A stretch of 63,445 bases of DNA, counting the filler, from Octopus bimaculoides (taxonomy: Eukaryota), in the NCBI RefSeq assembly GCF_001194135.2. It is 9 parts of 9 records of this genome, joined end to end, with 100 filler letters (N's around TTAATTAATTAA, not from the genome) between each part and the next. Parts side by side here need not be neighbours in the genome. Positions count along the whole stretch, not along the records: positions 23,418 to 31,268 come from NC_068983.1; positions 31,369 to 44,029 come from NC_069004.1; 7 more parts are not named here. One strand, given 5' to 3'. Position 1 is the first letter of the stretch. Each line of letters starts with the position of its first letter. Of the stretch, positions 23,900 through 36,801 are shown in pieces. Under the pieces are notes generated by a model. It was not told the origin of the DNA and ran no database searches. It saw only the letters and a list, made by a program, of their open reading frames with translations. Made by a program: the position numbers and the translations under genes.

Positions 23900-26529
23900 N
23901 NNNNNNNNNCCTACCTACCTACCTACCTACCTACACACACACACACACACACACGTATATATATGTATATACATACATATTAGTGAATATGCGTAGCCTA
24001 ATGCTTGAGGTGTTGCACTCACAATCGCGAGGTCATAAGTTGGTTCCTAGAACAAAACACTTCCTTACGCAGTTTGCCAGAAGGCTGGTATCATGTGAAA
24101 GGTATGACAATGCAAGGAAACGCGTTGCGAGCAGCAGTGTATAAGAACATCAGATAGCCTGGTTGATACAGTGATACACACACACACGCACGCACGCGTG
24201 CACGCACGCACACACACGCACGCACACACACACACACAGACACAGACATACACACAGACACATGTAAAATTGCAACCAAGAAAATTCACCTTACTATGGT
24301 TACTTTGAAGCATTTTAGATAGCAAAATAAATAAGAATATAATAGCCTTTACCATGTAAAACGACAGAGAATTAATCAAAATGCAGAAGAGTCATAATAC
24401 TAAATAGATGAAAAAAGATTTTAAATTGAGATGATGGAAGTGAAATAATGTCTGTCTTTTATTTATACTTATAATGATTTTAAAATATTTGTCTGGAAAT
24501 TATGAAAGAAAAATATAAAACAAATGACTATTATGGCAAGAAATTGTACTATCAACAACACACTATACTTCATCTTATGAAATTCTTTTGAATTTTAACG
24601 TATATATGTCTATGAACTTACATATCTGTGTTGATGACGTTAGCTTTATGTTATATTATTTGAAAGTCTTGTTAGACTTTCAGCAGCTTAAGTAAGATTT
24701 AATGTATGTTGAAATCTATTCACAACACCATTTATATTGCCTGTTATTTATATTCTTTCTTATTAACTCTGTCGTCGGCTAACTTTTAACAGGTGTCATC
24801 CGTTTTCTGTAAACTGTTTTAACCATTATCTTTGCACATATTAAATTTTCAAAGTAATTCTATGTAATCTAGTAAAGTAATTTTAAAAACCATTTTACAA
24901 GAAGACAAATACATTTATATAAAATTAACTGATTTTTCAGAATGATGTCTTACATAATGTTTCTCTAAGGGATTTAACCTTAACATATGCTAAGAAGAAA
25001 ACTTGCAGAGTCTTGACGAACAAGTTAAACAATGAAACGTAAAAATCACATAATTAACTGAACATCTGCAGAGAATCTAACCGAGAAAGCAAGTGGGAAG
25101 TAGATGAGAAAAAAGCAATTATAATTCTTAAATAGTATTGAAATTTATAATCGCGTTAAGTCTGGAGCTTTAAAACATGTGCAGGGTTATATTCCTTAAA
25201 TAATTATGTTACATAGAATAACAAAATTCAGTTATATTGATAACTTTCAGTTGCTAATAGTTAGAAATGTGGCTATATTAAAGTATTTATCAAGTATTCA
25301 GTTTTCTTACTTTCTGCCTTTTTTTTGTGGAATTGCAACATATCTATACAGCAAAAGCTGATGTCTATGTCCTTTTGCTTTCACACTCTTTTTCTCAACG
25401 AAGTTTTTCTATATTTTCTTTTGTGGCTTCTGAGAAACTATTTACATGTTAAAAGAAAAAAAAAAAAAAAAAAAAAAAAAACTTTTTACTTAGACAATTT
25501 TGTCTATTTTTGAAGAATATGTCTTTTTCTGAAGTAACATTTATCTTTTTTAAATGTCAGCATTGGTGTTAGTATGAAGACGCTGTTGTTACCAGAATAT
25601 TAATCAAACGTTATTTTATAGTGTATTTGCTGCACGACTATTTGCCTTTCTTTGTAATTGGTTTTCAGCCAAAGATACTCAATAAGTTTTACTTGGTAGT
25701 ACTCATTATTCGGTCAGTTACTTAGTTTGGTTTATTCCCTTGGTATTTATCAATCGAATTTGCTGAATTGGTTATGGCACTTACGTAAATTTTTTTTTTT
25801 ACCTATTTTGTAATATTACTTAACTGGCTGCGCTATGTTTCTTTAAAATTCTTTTATGAAATCGAAAATTTCAATGTATTTTATGCCATATTTTGTGTTA
25901 TATGTATGCGTGAAATATGTACGTACATATATAAATACAAACAACAATACACACACACATACGCACACACACATGTGTACATATATATATNNNNNNNNNN
26001 NNNNNNNNNNNNNNNNNNNNNNNNNNNNNNNNNNNNNNNNNNNNNNNNNNNNNNNNNNNNNNNNNNNNNNNNNNNNNNNNNNNNNNNNNNNNNNNNNNNN
26101 NNNNNNNNNNNNNNNNNNNNNNNNNNNNNNNNNNNNNNNNNNNNNNNNNNNNNNNNNNNNNNNNNNNNNNNNNNNNNNNNNNNNNNNNNNNNNNNNNNNN
26201 NNNNNNNNNNNNNNNNNNNNNNNNNNNNNNNNNNNNNNNNNNNNNNNNNNNNNNNNNNNNNNNNNNNNNNNNNNNNNNNNNNNNNNNNNNNNNNNNNNNN
26301 NNNNNNNNNNNNNNNNNNNNNNNNNNNNNNNNNNNNNNNNNNNNNNNNNNNNNNNNNNNNNNNNNNNNNNNNNNNNNNNNNNNNNNNNNNNNNNNNNNNN
26401 NNNNNNNNNNNNNNNNNNNNNNNNNNNNNNNNNNNNNNNNNNNNNNNNNNNNNNNNNNNNNNNNNNNNNNNNNNNNNNNNNNNNNNNNNNNNNNNNNNNN
26501 NNNNNNNNNNNNNNNNNNNNNNNNNNNNN

Positions 26530-26765
26530 AAATGTATTTGTTTATGTGTCTGTGTTTGTCCACCCCCACCACCGTCGCTTGACAATCGATGCTGGTATAT
26601 TTACGTTCCCATAACTTAGCGGTTCGGAAAAAGAGATCGATAGAATAAGTACTAGGCTTACAAAGAATAAATCCTGGGATCGATTTGTTCGACTAAAGGC
26701 GGTGCTCCAGAATGGCTGCAGTTAAATGACTGAAATAATAAAAAGAATAAAATAATAAAAGAATA
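26530..26765 (+). mobile_element. SINE family B, 3' half (5' half lost in gap); similar 3' half at 35388-35570
   Basis: gtgtttgtccaccccc...cgcttgacaatcgatgctgg...aacttagcggttcgg...gactaaaggcggtgctccag...aaatgactgaaa. Confidence 0.85.
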
Positions 26766-26924
26766 TATATATTTCGTTTTTGGATTTGGTTTGCAAGATT
26801 CTTTATGTGAGTTCGTGTGTTGAAGCATATTTTGTTGTGTATGGGGAGAGTCATTCTCTTTTAGTGCCTTATTATAAACCCCACATAAACCCCTTTTATG
26901 TGGCCCCCAACCCAACCAGTTTGC

Positions 26925-28680
26925 GGAGGAAATATCTCCAGCAATTATAGACTGTCCTACTTCCTCTCACAGGTATTACGACCTCTCATAGAAATGTCTT
27001 CAGATGTCTTTGTATGAACACGGAAGATCTCCTCAGTAAAATCAGTACTAGCAACCACTCCAACGACCTCCCAGGCTGTGTAGTGGGTAGTATGGATGTG
27101 ATTTCATTACACTCATCTACAGACATGGATTTTGCTGTGGAGAAATGCATTGAGATAAATCTGTGAGAGTGAAGTAGAGTTCTGTGAAGTAAACACGTGG
27201 GAACTGGGCCTCCTCCTTAGACTAAGCTACGACAGTGACTATTTAGACGACCATGACCTCAGTAGAATCTGCCCCACCAGGTCATAGAGGGAAAGACCAC
27301 CCACAATCACCTCAGCAGTGAAGAAAAGCACCACAGAGCGCTGGGGTGACTGTACCGTCCCCATCCACGACCCTGAGAACAACAAGCAGGTGAAAGGAAT
27401 GATGGCACATGCAATAGGAGCTAGTTTTAGATCCACCTTGAAGAAGAACATAGTAAAGTTTAACAAGAAACTAGACATGCAGGTTCAAGGTGCAGCTATT
27501 GGTGTCGGCGTAGCTGGAGATGTGACCGGCCTCTTCATGGCCTGGTGGGACAGAAAACTTAAGCAATCCTTAACAGAACAGCCCACAACTCTTTTACTTT
27601 ACAGTAGGTATGTAGACGACATTAATATCCTAGTTAAGACCAGTTCTAGCAACGGCAATGTAGAAACTGAGAGGAATATAATGGAGAGCACCTAACTCCA
27701 TCCACCAAAGTATCAAAGTAACTATAGATTAGCCCACTAGGCACCCCAACAATAGACTCCTCGTTCTTGATACTGAACTTTGGTTAGGGACTGTGAACAA
27801 CAGAATGCAGCTCCTTCACTCCCATTACATGAGACCCATACCTTCGAAATATGTTGTTCATAAGAACTCAGCTTTGTCACACAACAGGAAAATTAGCATA
27901 CTGATAGCAGACTTAGTTAGGATAATGAACAACGTGTCCCCACTGCGCAAACCCTTATGAAACGAAGAAACATGTACAGAACTTCATGCACCGCATGCAA
28001 TTCTCTGGATATGATCAGAAAGATAGGGTTCGAGTATACAGGGGTGCTAGATAACATTATATGTAATGAAACCAGTGGTACCTGCCCTGGAATAGAATAC
28101 AAAGAGCTTGTGACAAAGCAAACAGGGTGAGTGAACACGTAGTATAAAACCAACAAATATCAAAGAGTGATGTTTGTAGAGGTTACAGCCCATGGAGAAC
28201 TAGCCCGTAGATTTAGGAAAGCTCTGAAGGAGACCAAACTTAACACTAAGATTGCTGAAAAGCCAGGGAACTCCATCAGATCATAACTATGTAGGGCGTG
28301 CCTCTTTGAGAATACCATATGCACTAATGATGACTGCATGGTATGCAGGATTAATCCTGGCATTAACTGTAGAACTAGAAATGTAGTCTACAGTATAAGA
28401 TGCATAGAATGTGCTTGTAAAGAAATGAACATAACATACATAGGAGAGACATCTAAGAGCATTGCGGAAAGACTAAATGAACATTAAAGACGATATGACG
28501 ACAAAAAACAGTCCTCCATACTCTACCAACATGCTAAAGACCAACATGGAGGCAACCTGGTCAACACGACATCTGCATTTTATCCAAGCACCCAAAGGAC
28601 CCAACCTTCAGACAAATACAGGAGTACGTCCTCATAGATGAAATATCCCCAGTACTAAATAGGAAATATACGTAGTAGGT
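26925..28680 (+). mobile_element. Decayed Penelope-like element: RT plus Cys-rich linker plus C-terminal GIY-YIG endonuclease
   Basis: PVCGGNISSNYRLSYFLSQVLRPL; VVGSMDV; QVQGAAIG..GLFMAWWD..LYSRYVDDI; LDTELW..HSHYMRP; CTNDDCMVC..NCRTRNVVYSIRCIEC..YIGETSKSIAERLNEH. Multiple stops and frameshifts. Confidence 0.88.
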
Positions 28681-29248
28681 AATCATACCCCTATACCCAC
28701 AGTTTATATTTATATACAAGTAGAATAGTTAGTGGGCTATATAGATGTATGTGTGTATGTGTGTGTGTATGTACATATATGTATATGCACAGGTATGTAG
28801 GCAAATGGATATGAATGTAAACAGATATACATACGGACGGATAGGTACACAGGTAATATGAACAGACAAGCACATATACACACACACATCCGCAAATGAA
28901 GACTGAAACACATGACCATATACACACATACACTTCAACTCACACAAGGACACATATAGAGACACATCCACACATATTGAAATTCTCATCCATACATACA
29001 GACAGAGTACATAGTCACAAAAATCCATGCACACAGATACACACAGACATAGACACACTCAGGCATGCACACACAAGGAGACAGAACTACACATATACAA
29101 ATGCAAACACACACACATAAAAACACACAAACATGANNNNNNNNNNACATATACAAATGCAAACACACACACATAAAAACACACAAACATGAGCATACAA
29201 ACACACAAACACAAATGCATGAATATGCATAATACATACAAACGTACA

Positions 29249-29279
<31 letters not shown>

Positions 29280-29434
29280 TTGCATGCGCGCACACACACA
29301 TACATAAATACACACACATGCATGCATGCATACATACATACATACATACATACATACATGTGTATGCGAACAAACACTAATCCACACACGTGCGCACAAA
29401 CAAACAAAAAGAACGCAGCTCGGATAACGGGCAG

Positions 29435-29565
29435 AGTCAACGACTATTGAAAAGGTTGCCATACGCAACGAAAATTTTAGGAAAAAATAAGTAAATGAGT
29501 GGAAACTTTACCGGTGTGTTAAATAATAAGGCACTAAAAGAGAATGACTGTCCCCACACACAACA
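29435..29565 (-). repeat. Dispersed repeat; inverted partial copy at about 26780-26875
   Basis: 29523-29565 is the reverse complement of 26833-26875 at 41/43 nt. Confidence 0.8.
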
Positions 29566-29779
29566 GAACGTAGAAGATCTCAATGCATTGATCTTGCATT
29601 GAAATCTTCTACGTTCCCCGTACTAACTATTACCTATTAAGATGTTATATCTGGTTCTGCAGGGATTTTACCCGGTTAACGATTTCGACATACTCCTACA
29701 TACTGGACCGTCTGAAATAGCAGTCAAACTTTTGGGTGTACTTCAACCCGCAGAGTGATGTTTGTTTATTTCTTTCTCC

Positions 29780-30850
29780 TTAATGCCACCCTCTGTACAA
29801 AATTGATCAGCGTGTCCAATCTCAGCAAAATCCGAAGAAAAGTATTAAGGTTATGTCATAAAATAGAATCCATGTGACCGTTTACATGAAAATATTCCAT
29901 TGACTTTTAAATCCCAATACATTATATGAATAACCGATGTTTCATATGTCGAAGTGCTTAATTTTACTCATGGGTCAATTTTCTTTAAAATCAGTTCATT
30001 ATTTTATTGTGAGTGAATTTTGACGACTTCTGCTTTTCACCAGTTTAATTTTAATTCTATTACATGACATCGACCATAAACTTTACCTAAATGTCAAATT
30101 TCATAAAAATCGGATGAATTCTTTAAATGTTACAGCATAAAATATTACTCCTATGGGTAATTGCATAAAAGACCATTCCCTTCTTAAAATCCACCGCTCA
30201 CGCGCAATTATCGATTTTTTGTCAACTCTTCTTGCTGGCATCAACTAATGGACATGAACTGTAATCACGTGTAAAATTTCTACAAAATCGATAAGAATGT
30301 CTCTAAGGAAATGCTTATTTGCATTTGTGCCCTTTTCAAGACATTTTGAATTAAATAAACACCTTTACTGTCTCCCCCACCACAAAATTTACCTACGTCT
30401 CAAATTTCATTAATATCGGATAAAGAATATAAAAGTTACGCCCCCAAATAAAATCCCTGTGGGTATTTGTACGCAAAAAGCCTATTGGTTTTATAAAACC
30501 ACTGCTCAGGCGCAATTATCGATTTTTTGTCAACGCCATGTACTGACATCAACTCACTGCCATGAATCTCGCTCACTCGTCGATTTTCATCAAAATCGGG
30601 CAAAAATGCAGAAGCTACAGGAAAAATAACATGGTTATGAGAATTTCCATTCAAATGCCCGATTGAGCTTACAAAAATTGATGCCATCTGAGCATTATCG
30701 AGTTTTCTAAAAATTCCTGACTTATTTGAACTTCAGGGTATGTGATTTACCTACGTGCCAAAAATCATTAAAATCGGTTGGACGGTGTGGGAGGAGTTAG
30801 AGTAACCCCAAACACACAGACAGACACCATTACACATTTTTATATATAGT
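29780..30850 (+). mobile_element. Helentron/HINE (pearl-like) element with an internal ~305-bp repeated core
   Basis: gcgcaattatcgattttttgtcaac at 30202 and 30510; aaatttcat.aa.atcgg at 30097, 30402 and ~30758. 3' end has acagacagaca...ttttatatatag. The 5' boundary is uncertain. Confidence 0.6.
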
Positions 30851-30958
30851 TTGAATTTACAAAAAAAAACAAAACAAAAACAAACGAAACAAAAAACGAA
30901 GACGGGTGTGTAAACAACAAACAGATGCATTAGTTTAACGCTCAGGAAGTGAGAAAGT

Positions 30959-30994
30959 CTTTTACGTTTCGAGCCTACGCTCTTCAACAGAAAG
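30959..30994 (-). ncRNA. Minimal type-I hammerhead-like motif (variant core) in a Penelope pLTR-like repeat (about 30900-31268)
   Basis: Minus strand: CTTT-CTGTTGA-a-GAGC gtag GCTC-GAAA-cgTA-AAAG. Stem I 4 bp, stem II 4 bp, palindromic ACGT stem III, GUA triplet. Confidence 0.5.
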
Positions 30995-31368
30995 GAACAC
31001 AGAAATAAACAAAGAGAGAAAATAATAAAAAAAAGTTTAGTGGCTAGCGATCAGTCATGGCGAATACCGGACAGAGGTGGTCAGACAGGAGGGCTAGGAA
31101 GAAGGGCAGATAATGAAGTAGTGATGATCCCAAAACGAAGGTGCGCGTGCATAATGTATGTGAGACTGTATGTGCGTGTGGATAGGGGCTGGTGACCTTG
31201 ACGTGTGCGTGCGACATGTGTAGGTGTGTGGATGATGGTGTGGGTGCTGGGAAGTGGTCAATGTTAGTNNNNNNNNNNNNNNNNNNNNNNNNNNNNNNNN
31301 NNNNNNNNNNNNTTAATTAATTAANNNNNNNNNNNNNNNNNNNNNNNNNNNNNNNNNNNNNNNNNNNN

Positions 31369-31471
<103 letters not shown>

Positions 31472-32036
31472 ATACACATACACACACATATGAAATTAAA
31501 TGGAATATAGAAATCAACATTCATCTACACATAAATTGATCACAATGCCACAAACACCAAGGAATGATTCGAACCTAACTAAACCATCAAGAACTTTTCT
31601 TCATCCACCATTCTTCATTCATCAATGCTATGTTCTCCACCTATGATGCGTATCGATATGCATCAATTCATTTCAATATATACACAGTTAAAAAGAAGCT
31701 CAAAGACAATTAGAATCCTGCAAGCAACGATCCGCTCCAAGAGATTTTGTCCAGAATTTTTCTTCGTTATTTAATTTGTATGCTTCCATGCTGGTTCTTT
31801 TGTTTCCTTTATTACGTAATGATTTCTGTTGTTCAATTGTTAGTGTGGTTGATGTTGTTGTTCTTGTACTTGTTGATTAGCTGATGTCTTTGTTGTTGTT
31901 TTTTTTTTTAACTGTTGTTGTCTGTTTTCTTGTTGGTTATTGCCATGAAAGTCTGTGGAGTGTATTCGACAATTGTATTAATTCTTATTTGTTTATGTAT
32001 GTACGTAAATATGTATGTGTGTGTATATATATATTT

Positions 32037-32068
<32 letters not shown>

Positions 32069-32173
32069 GGCTATATAGACACACACACATATATATACAT
32101 ATATACATACACGTATATATGTATACATACATATACCGCAAATAAATGTATGTGTATATACGTATATATATAT

Positions 32174-32206
<33 letters not shown>

Positions 32207-32776
32207 NNNNNNNNNNNNNNNNNNNNNNNNNNNNNNNNNNNNNNNNNNNNNNNNNNNNNNNNNNNNNNNNNNNNNNNNNNNNNNNNNNNNNNNNNNNNNN
32301 NNNNNNNNNNNNNNNNNNNNNNNNNNNNNNNNNNNNNNNNNNNNNNNNNNNNNNNNNNNNNNNNNNNNNNNNNNNNNNNNNNNNNNNNNNNNNNNNNNNN
32401 NNNNNNNNNNNNNNNNNNNNNNNNNNNNNNNNNNNNNNNNNNNNNNNNNNNNNNNNNNNNNNNNNNNNNNNNNNNNNNNNNNNNNNNNNNNNNNNNNNNN
32501 NNNNNNNNNNNNNNNNNNNNNNNNNNNNNNNNNNNNNNNNNNNNNNNNNNNNNNNNNNNNNNNNNNNNNNNNNNNNNNNNNNNNNNNNNNNNNNNNNNNN
32601 NNNNNNNNNNNNNNNNNNNNNNNNNNNNNNNNNNNNNNNNNNNNNNNNNNNNNNNNNNNNNNNNNNNNNNNNNNNNNNNNNNNNNNNNNNNNNNNNNNNN
32701 NNNNNNNNNNNNNNNNNNNNNNNNNNNNNNNNNNNNNNNNNNNNNNNNNNNNNNNNNNNNNNNNNNNNNNNNNNNN

Positions 32777-32816
<40 letters not shown>

Positions 32817-33136
32817 TTGTACATTCTTATTAGGAACTTAGTTGGATTTGGTCGGTTGCAAAAGATTGTATTGTCCAGAAGTAATATCTAAAAAAATTAT
32901 ATGTATATATATATCGTCACAATGAATTGAAATATATTATATCTTCTGAACAAAGTCAGACAGATATAATATGAAGGAATGCGGTGGGCGTTAGAGAATA
33001 ATAAAAAGATGAGGTAGAAATTAAGAGATAAAGTTCTAAATTTCTAGAGGGAAAAAGAGAAAGAGAAAAACAGGAGAGGGAAGGAGAAAACGATTATTTT
33101 GAAATGTAAGGTTAAAAGAAGAACAGCATAGAATCC

Positions 33137-33178
<42 letters not shown>

Positions 33179-33179
33179 C

Positions 33180-33220
<41 letters not shown>

Positions 33221-33235
33221 GCTATCTATCCACAA

Positions 33236-33561
33236 TATGGCTCAGTAGTTAGAGCGTCGAGCTTACGATCACGAGGTTGTGAGTTAGAATCCCGGACCGG
33301 GCTGCGTGTTGTGCTCTTGAGCAAGACACTTTATTTCACGTTGCTCTAGTTCACTCAGCTGTAGAAATGAGTTGCGACGTCACATGTGCCAAGCTGTATT
33401 GGCATTTGCCTTTCCCTTGGATAACACTGGTGGCGTGGAGAGAGGAGGCCGGTATGCTTGGGCGATGCGGGCCTTCCATAAACAAACTTGCCCGGACTTG
33501 TTCCTCGGAGGGTAACTTTCTAGGTGCAATCCCATGGTCAGTCATGACCGTAGAGGGTCTC
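33236..33561 (+). mobile_element. tRNA-headed CORE-type SINE, family C; decayed copy at 54212-54425
   Basis: tggctcagtagttagagcgtc (A-box-like), gagttagaatccc (B-box-like), CORE-like gtgctcttgagcaagacactttatttcacgttgctctagttcactcagctgtagaaatgag. Confidence 0.85.
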
Positions 33562-33574
33562 AGCATATACCAAA

Positions 33575-33685
33575 TCTGCTCACAAGGATTTAGTCGGCCC
33601 GTGGGTGCAACGCAGTGGCACTGAACCCGGAACCATGTCGTTGGGATGCAAGCTTCTTACCACACAGCCACGGTTGCACCTTTCT
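33575..33685 (-). mobile_element. SINE family B head (internally deleted); other head fragments at 43303-43375, 56745-56815, 60363-60433, 62339-62420, 62481-62647
   Basis: gtggctgtgtggtaagaagcttgcatcccaacgacatggttccgggttcagtgccactgcgttgc on the minus strand. Confidence 0.8.
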
Positions 33686-34456
33686 AACACACGGCCATGT
33701 ATGTATTACATGTGACTACGTATATATACGGCAACTGAGTGCACATTTGTTATTAATATTCAAAGAGGTTACATATGCATTATAATGAAACTTGGATGCC
33801 TATAATGTATGTGTGTGTGTGTGTATTTGTGTCTGTGTGAGTGCATTAAAAGGAAACCATACAAGGCGAAACAAAAATGACATTGTACTTTTATTTCAAA
33901 AATCTCTTAAATTATATTCAGATTTCAAACATAAGACATTAAAAATTCATATTTTGGAATACACAAGTATACACGCAAGTGGTTATTGATATACTAATAA
34001 AAATCTGTACCTACAAGCTACACACATATAAATATATATATACACACACACTCTCACACACGCACACACGCACATACACACATTTATATATATAGATATG
34101 TGTGCGTGTTTTGTTGTGAGTGCTTGTAGATGAAAAGGAAGTGCAAAAATGGCATAAAGATAAGAAGTGAAGAACGGTGTACAGAGACACATATACACGC
34201 ATATGTAGGTACCAATCTCTCCTCCTTTCTCTTCATCTCCCTCTCCGTCTTTCCCTCCCTCTCTGTCTCACTCTCCATGTATATTTGTGCATGTATGTAT
34301 GTATATTTGTATGTATATATATTATAGTGTTAATTTGATTATGAATGTATAAAAATTTTTATTTACGCTTGTATATTGATATATTTATGTTTATATCACA
34401 ATATGTACACACACAAACGCACACACACACACACATATATATGTATGTATATATTT

Positions 34457-34508
<52 letters not shown>

Positions 34509-36227
34509 NNNNNNNNNNNNNNNNNNNNNNNNNNNNNNNNNNNNNNNNNNNNNNNNNNNNNNNNNNNNNNNNNNNNNNNNNNNNNNNNNNNNNNNNNNNN
34601 NNNNNNNNNNNNNNNNNNNNNNNNNNNNNNNNNNNNNNNNNNNNNNNNNNNNNNNNNNNNNNNNNNNNNNNNNNNNNNNNNNNNNNNNNNNNNNNNNNNN
34701 NNNNNNNNNNNNNNNNNNNNNNNNNNNNNNNNNNNNNNNNNNNNNNNNNNNNNNNNNNNNNNNNNNNNNNNNNNNNNNNNNNNNNNNNNNNNNNNNNNNN
34801 NNNNNNNNNNNNNNNNNNNNNNNNNNNNNNNNNNNNNNNNNNNNNNNNNNNNNNNNNNNNNNNNNNNNNNNNNNNNNNNNNNNNNNNNNNNNNNNNNNNN
34901 NNNNNNNNNNNNNNNNNNNNNNNNNNNNNNNNNNNNNNNNNNNNNNNNNNNNNNNNNNNNNNNNNNNNNNNNNNNNNNNNNNNNNNNNNNNNNNNNNNNN
35001 NNNNNNNNNNNNNNNNNNNNNNNNNNNNNNNNNNNNNNNNNNNNNNNNNNNNNNNNNNNNNNNNNNNNNNNNNNNNNNNNNNNNNNNNNNNNNNNNNNNN
35101 NNNNNNNNNNNNNNNNNNNNNNNNNNNNNNNNNNNNNNNNNNNNNNNNNNNNNNNNNNNNNNNNNNNNNNNNNNNNNNNNNNNNNNNNNNNNNNNNNNNN
35201 NNNNNNNNNNNNNNNNNNNNNNNNNNNNNNNNNNNNNNNNNNNNNNNNNNNNNNNNNNNNNNNNNNNNNNNNNNNNNNNNNNNNNNNNNNNNNNNNNNNN
35301 NNNNNNNNNNNNNNNNNNNNNNNNNNNNNNNNNNNNNNNNNNNNNNNNNNNNNNNNNNNNNNNNNNNNNNNNNNNNNNNNNNNNNATATATATGTATGTA
35401 TGTGTGTGTGTGTGTGTGCGTGCGTGCATGTGCGTGTGTTTGTGTGTCGGTGTTTGTCTCCCCATGATCGCTTAACAACCGATCTGGGGGTGTTTACGTC
35501 CCCGTAGCTTAGTATTACGGCAAAAGAGACCGATAGAATAAGTACTAGGCTGACAAAGAATAAGTCCTGTGTGTGCACTTGTCTGTGTGCGTGCGTCAGT
35601 GTGTGCGTGTGTTGTGTGTATCACGCGCGGGGTTCAGCGTGTGTGAATTTACACGTTTGGATTATATCGCTGGTGATAGCAGCGATTCATCTCTTCGCCT
35701 GCGATGTATGGAAAAAAAAGGAGACAGTGTCGGAATAGGCGCTGGTATCGCAATTAGCCAGTGAGCTTCTTAATGTGAAAGTGTGTTGCTCAAGAGTACA
35801 AGTCACAGCTGGCCTACAAATCGAAACCGTGATGATCTGATCGTCAGGTCAACATGCCCTTTAAGGCACGCGCCATCACTGTATTTATGTGCTAACATTT
35901 AACAACAGTGCTGGAATATTGCTCATACAAAAACTTCACACACACATAATTAAATATTGCTCTTCGGCTGACATAATGTCGTCGAATGTAATTTCTGTAT
36001 GTTTCCTAAATATTTTTCCCACACAAAATATGAAGAAAAGCAATAAATAAACAGAAATAACACTCGACAGACATTGCATTGCAGCTGCTGCTGTTGGCGC
36101 CATTATTGTATTGGGAAAATAATTTTTCGAAAATAATGTTTCTTTAATTAGATAAAGTGAATGATATAATGTAATCAAGCAAAATATTCGTAATCTGTGC
36201 TCGCGCATGTGTTCCTGTGTGTAATTA

Positions 36228-36269
<42 letters not shown>

Positions 36270-36279
36270 NNNNNNNNNN

Positions 36280-36316
<37 letters not shown>

Positions 36317-36758
36317 TGAGATCTACATTCATATCGTAGTATTATGCGAAAATAAATTCGTAGACAATATCCCACAAGACACAGATCAACACCTCGCCGT
36401 TGATATGAATATCCAGCTGTAAAATATTTGACCGCAACGAAGAAATGAACACGTGACTACTAACATATAAGATTAACAGTATATATATATGAATTGAACC
36501 AATATATGAGAAACAAGACAGACACGATACAAGTTTAGGTTGCGAACGTGTCTTTATGAAGATCTGAAATTGTAGAATATATATTTAGCAACTTTATTTT
36601 TCTAAACTTTGATAAAAACTATTAACAATAAACGAAAACTTTAAAATAAAAGGATAAAACATGAAGACAGTCATGTACTTAAAGAAACATGTATATAAGC
36701 CAAAATGTACATCATAGTTATATTAAATAGACTGCCTCAGATTTGAAAATCTGTAGCT

Positions 36759-36801
36759 TTAACTGAGGCGACGCAATCAGGTCGAAACGCTATTGTCTTG
36801 A
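36759..36801 (+). ncRNA. Degenerate type-I hammerhead-like motif (A9 to C)
   Basis: ttaa-CTGAGGC-GAC gcaatcag GTC-GAAA-C gctatt G-TC-ttga; GUC triplet. Confidence 0.35.

Noticed and set aside
33236-33300. tRNA gene calls for SINE heads
   Set aside because: A/B-box-like motifs continue into SINE core and tail, and no complete cloverleaf is evident.
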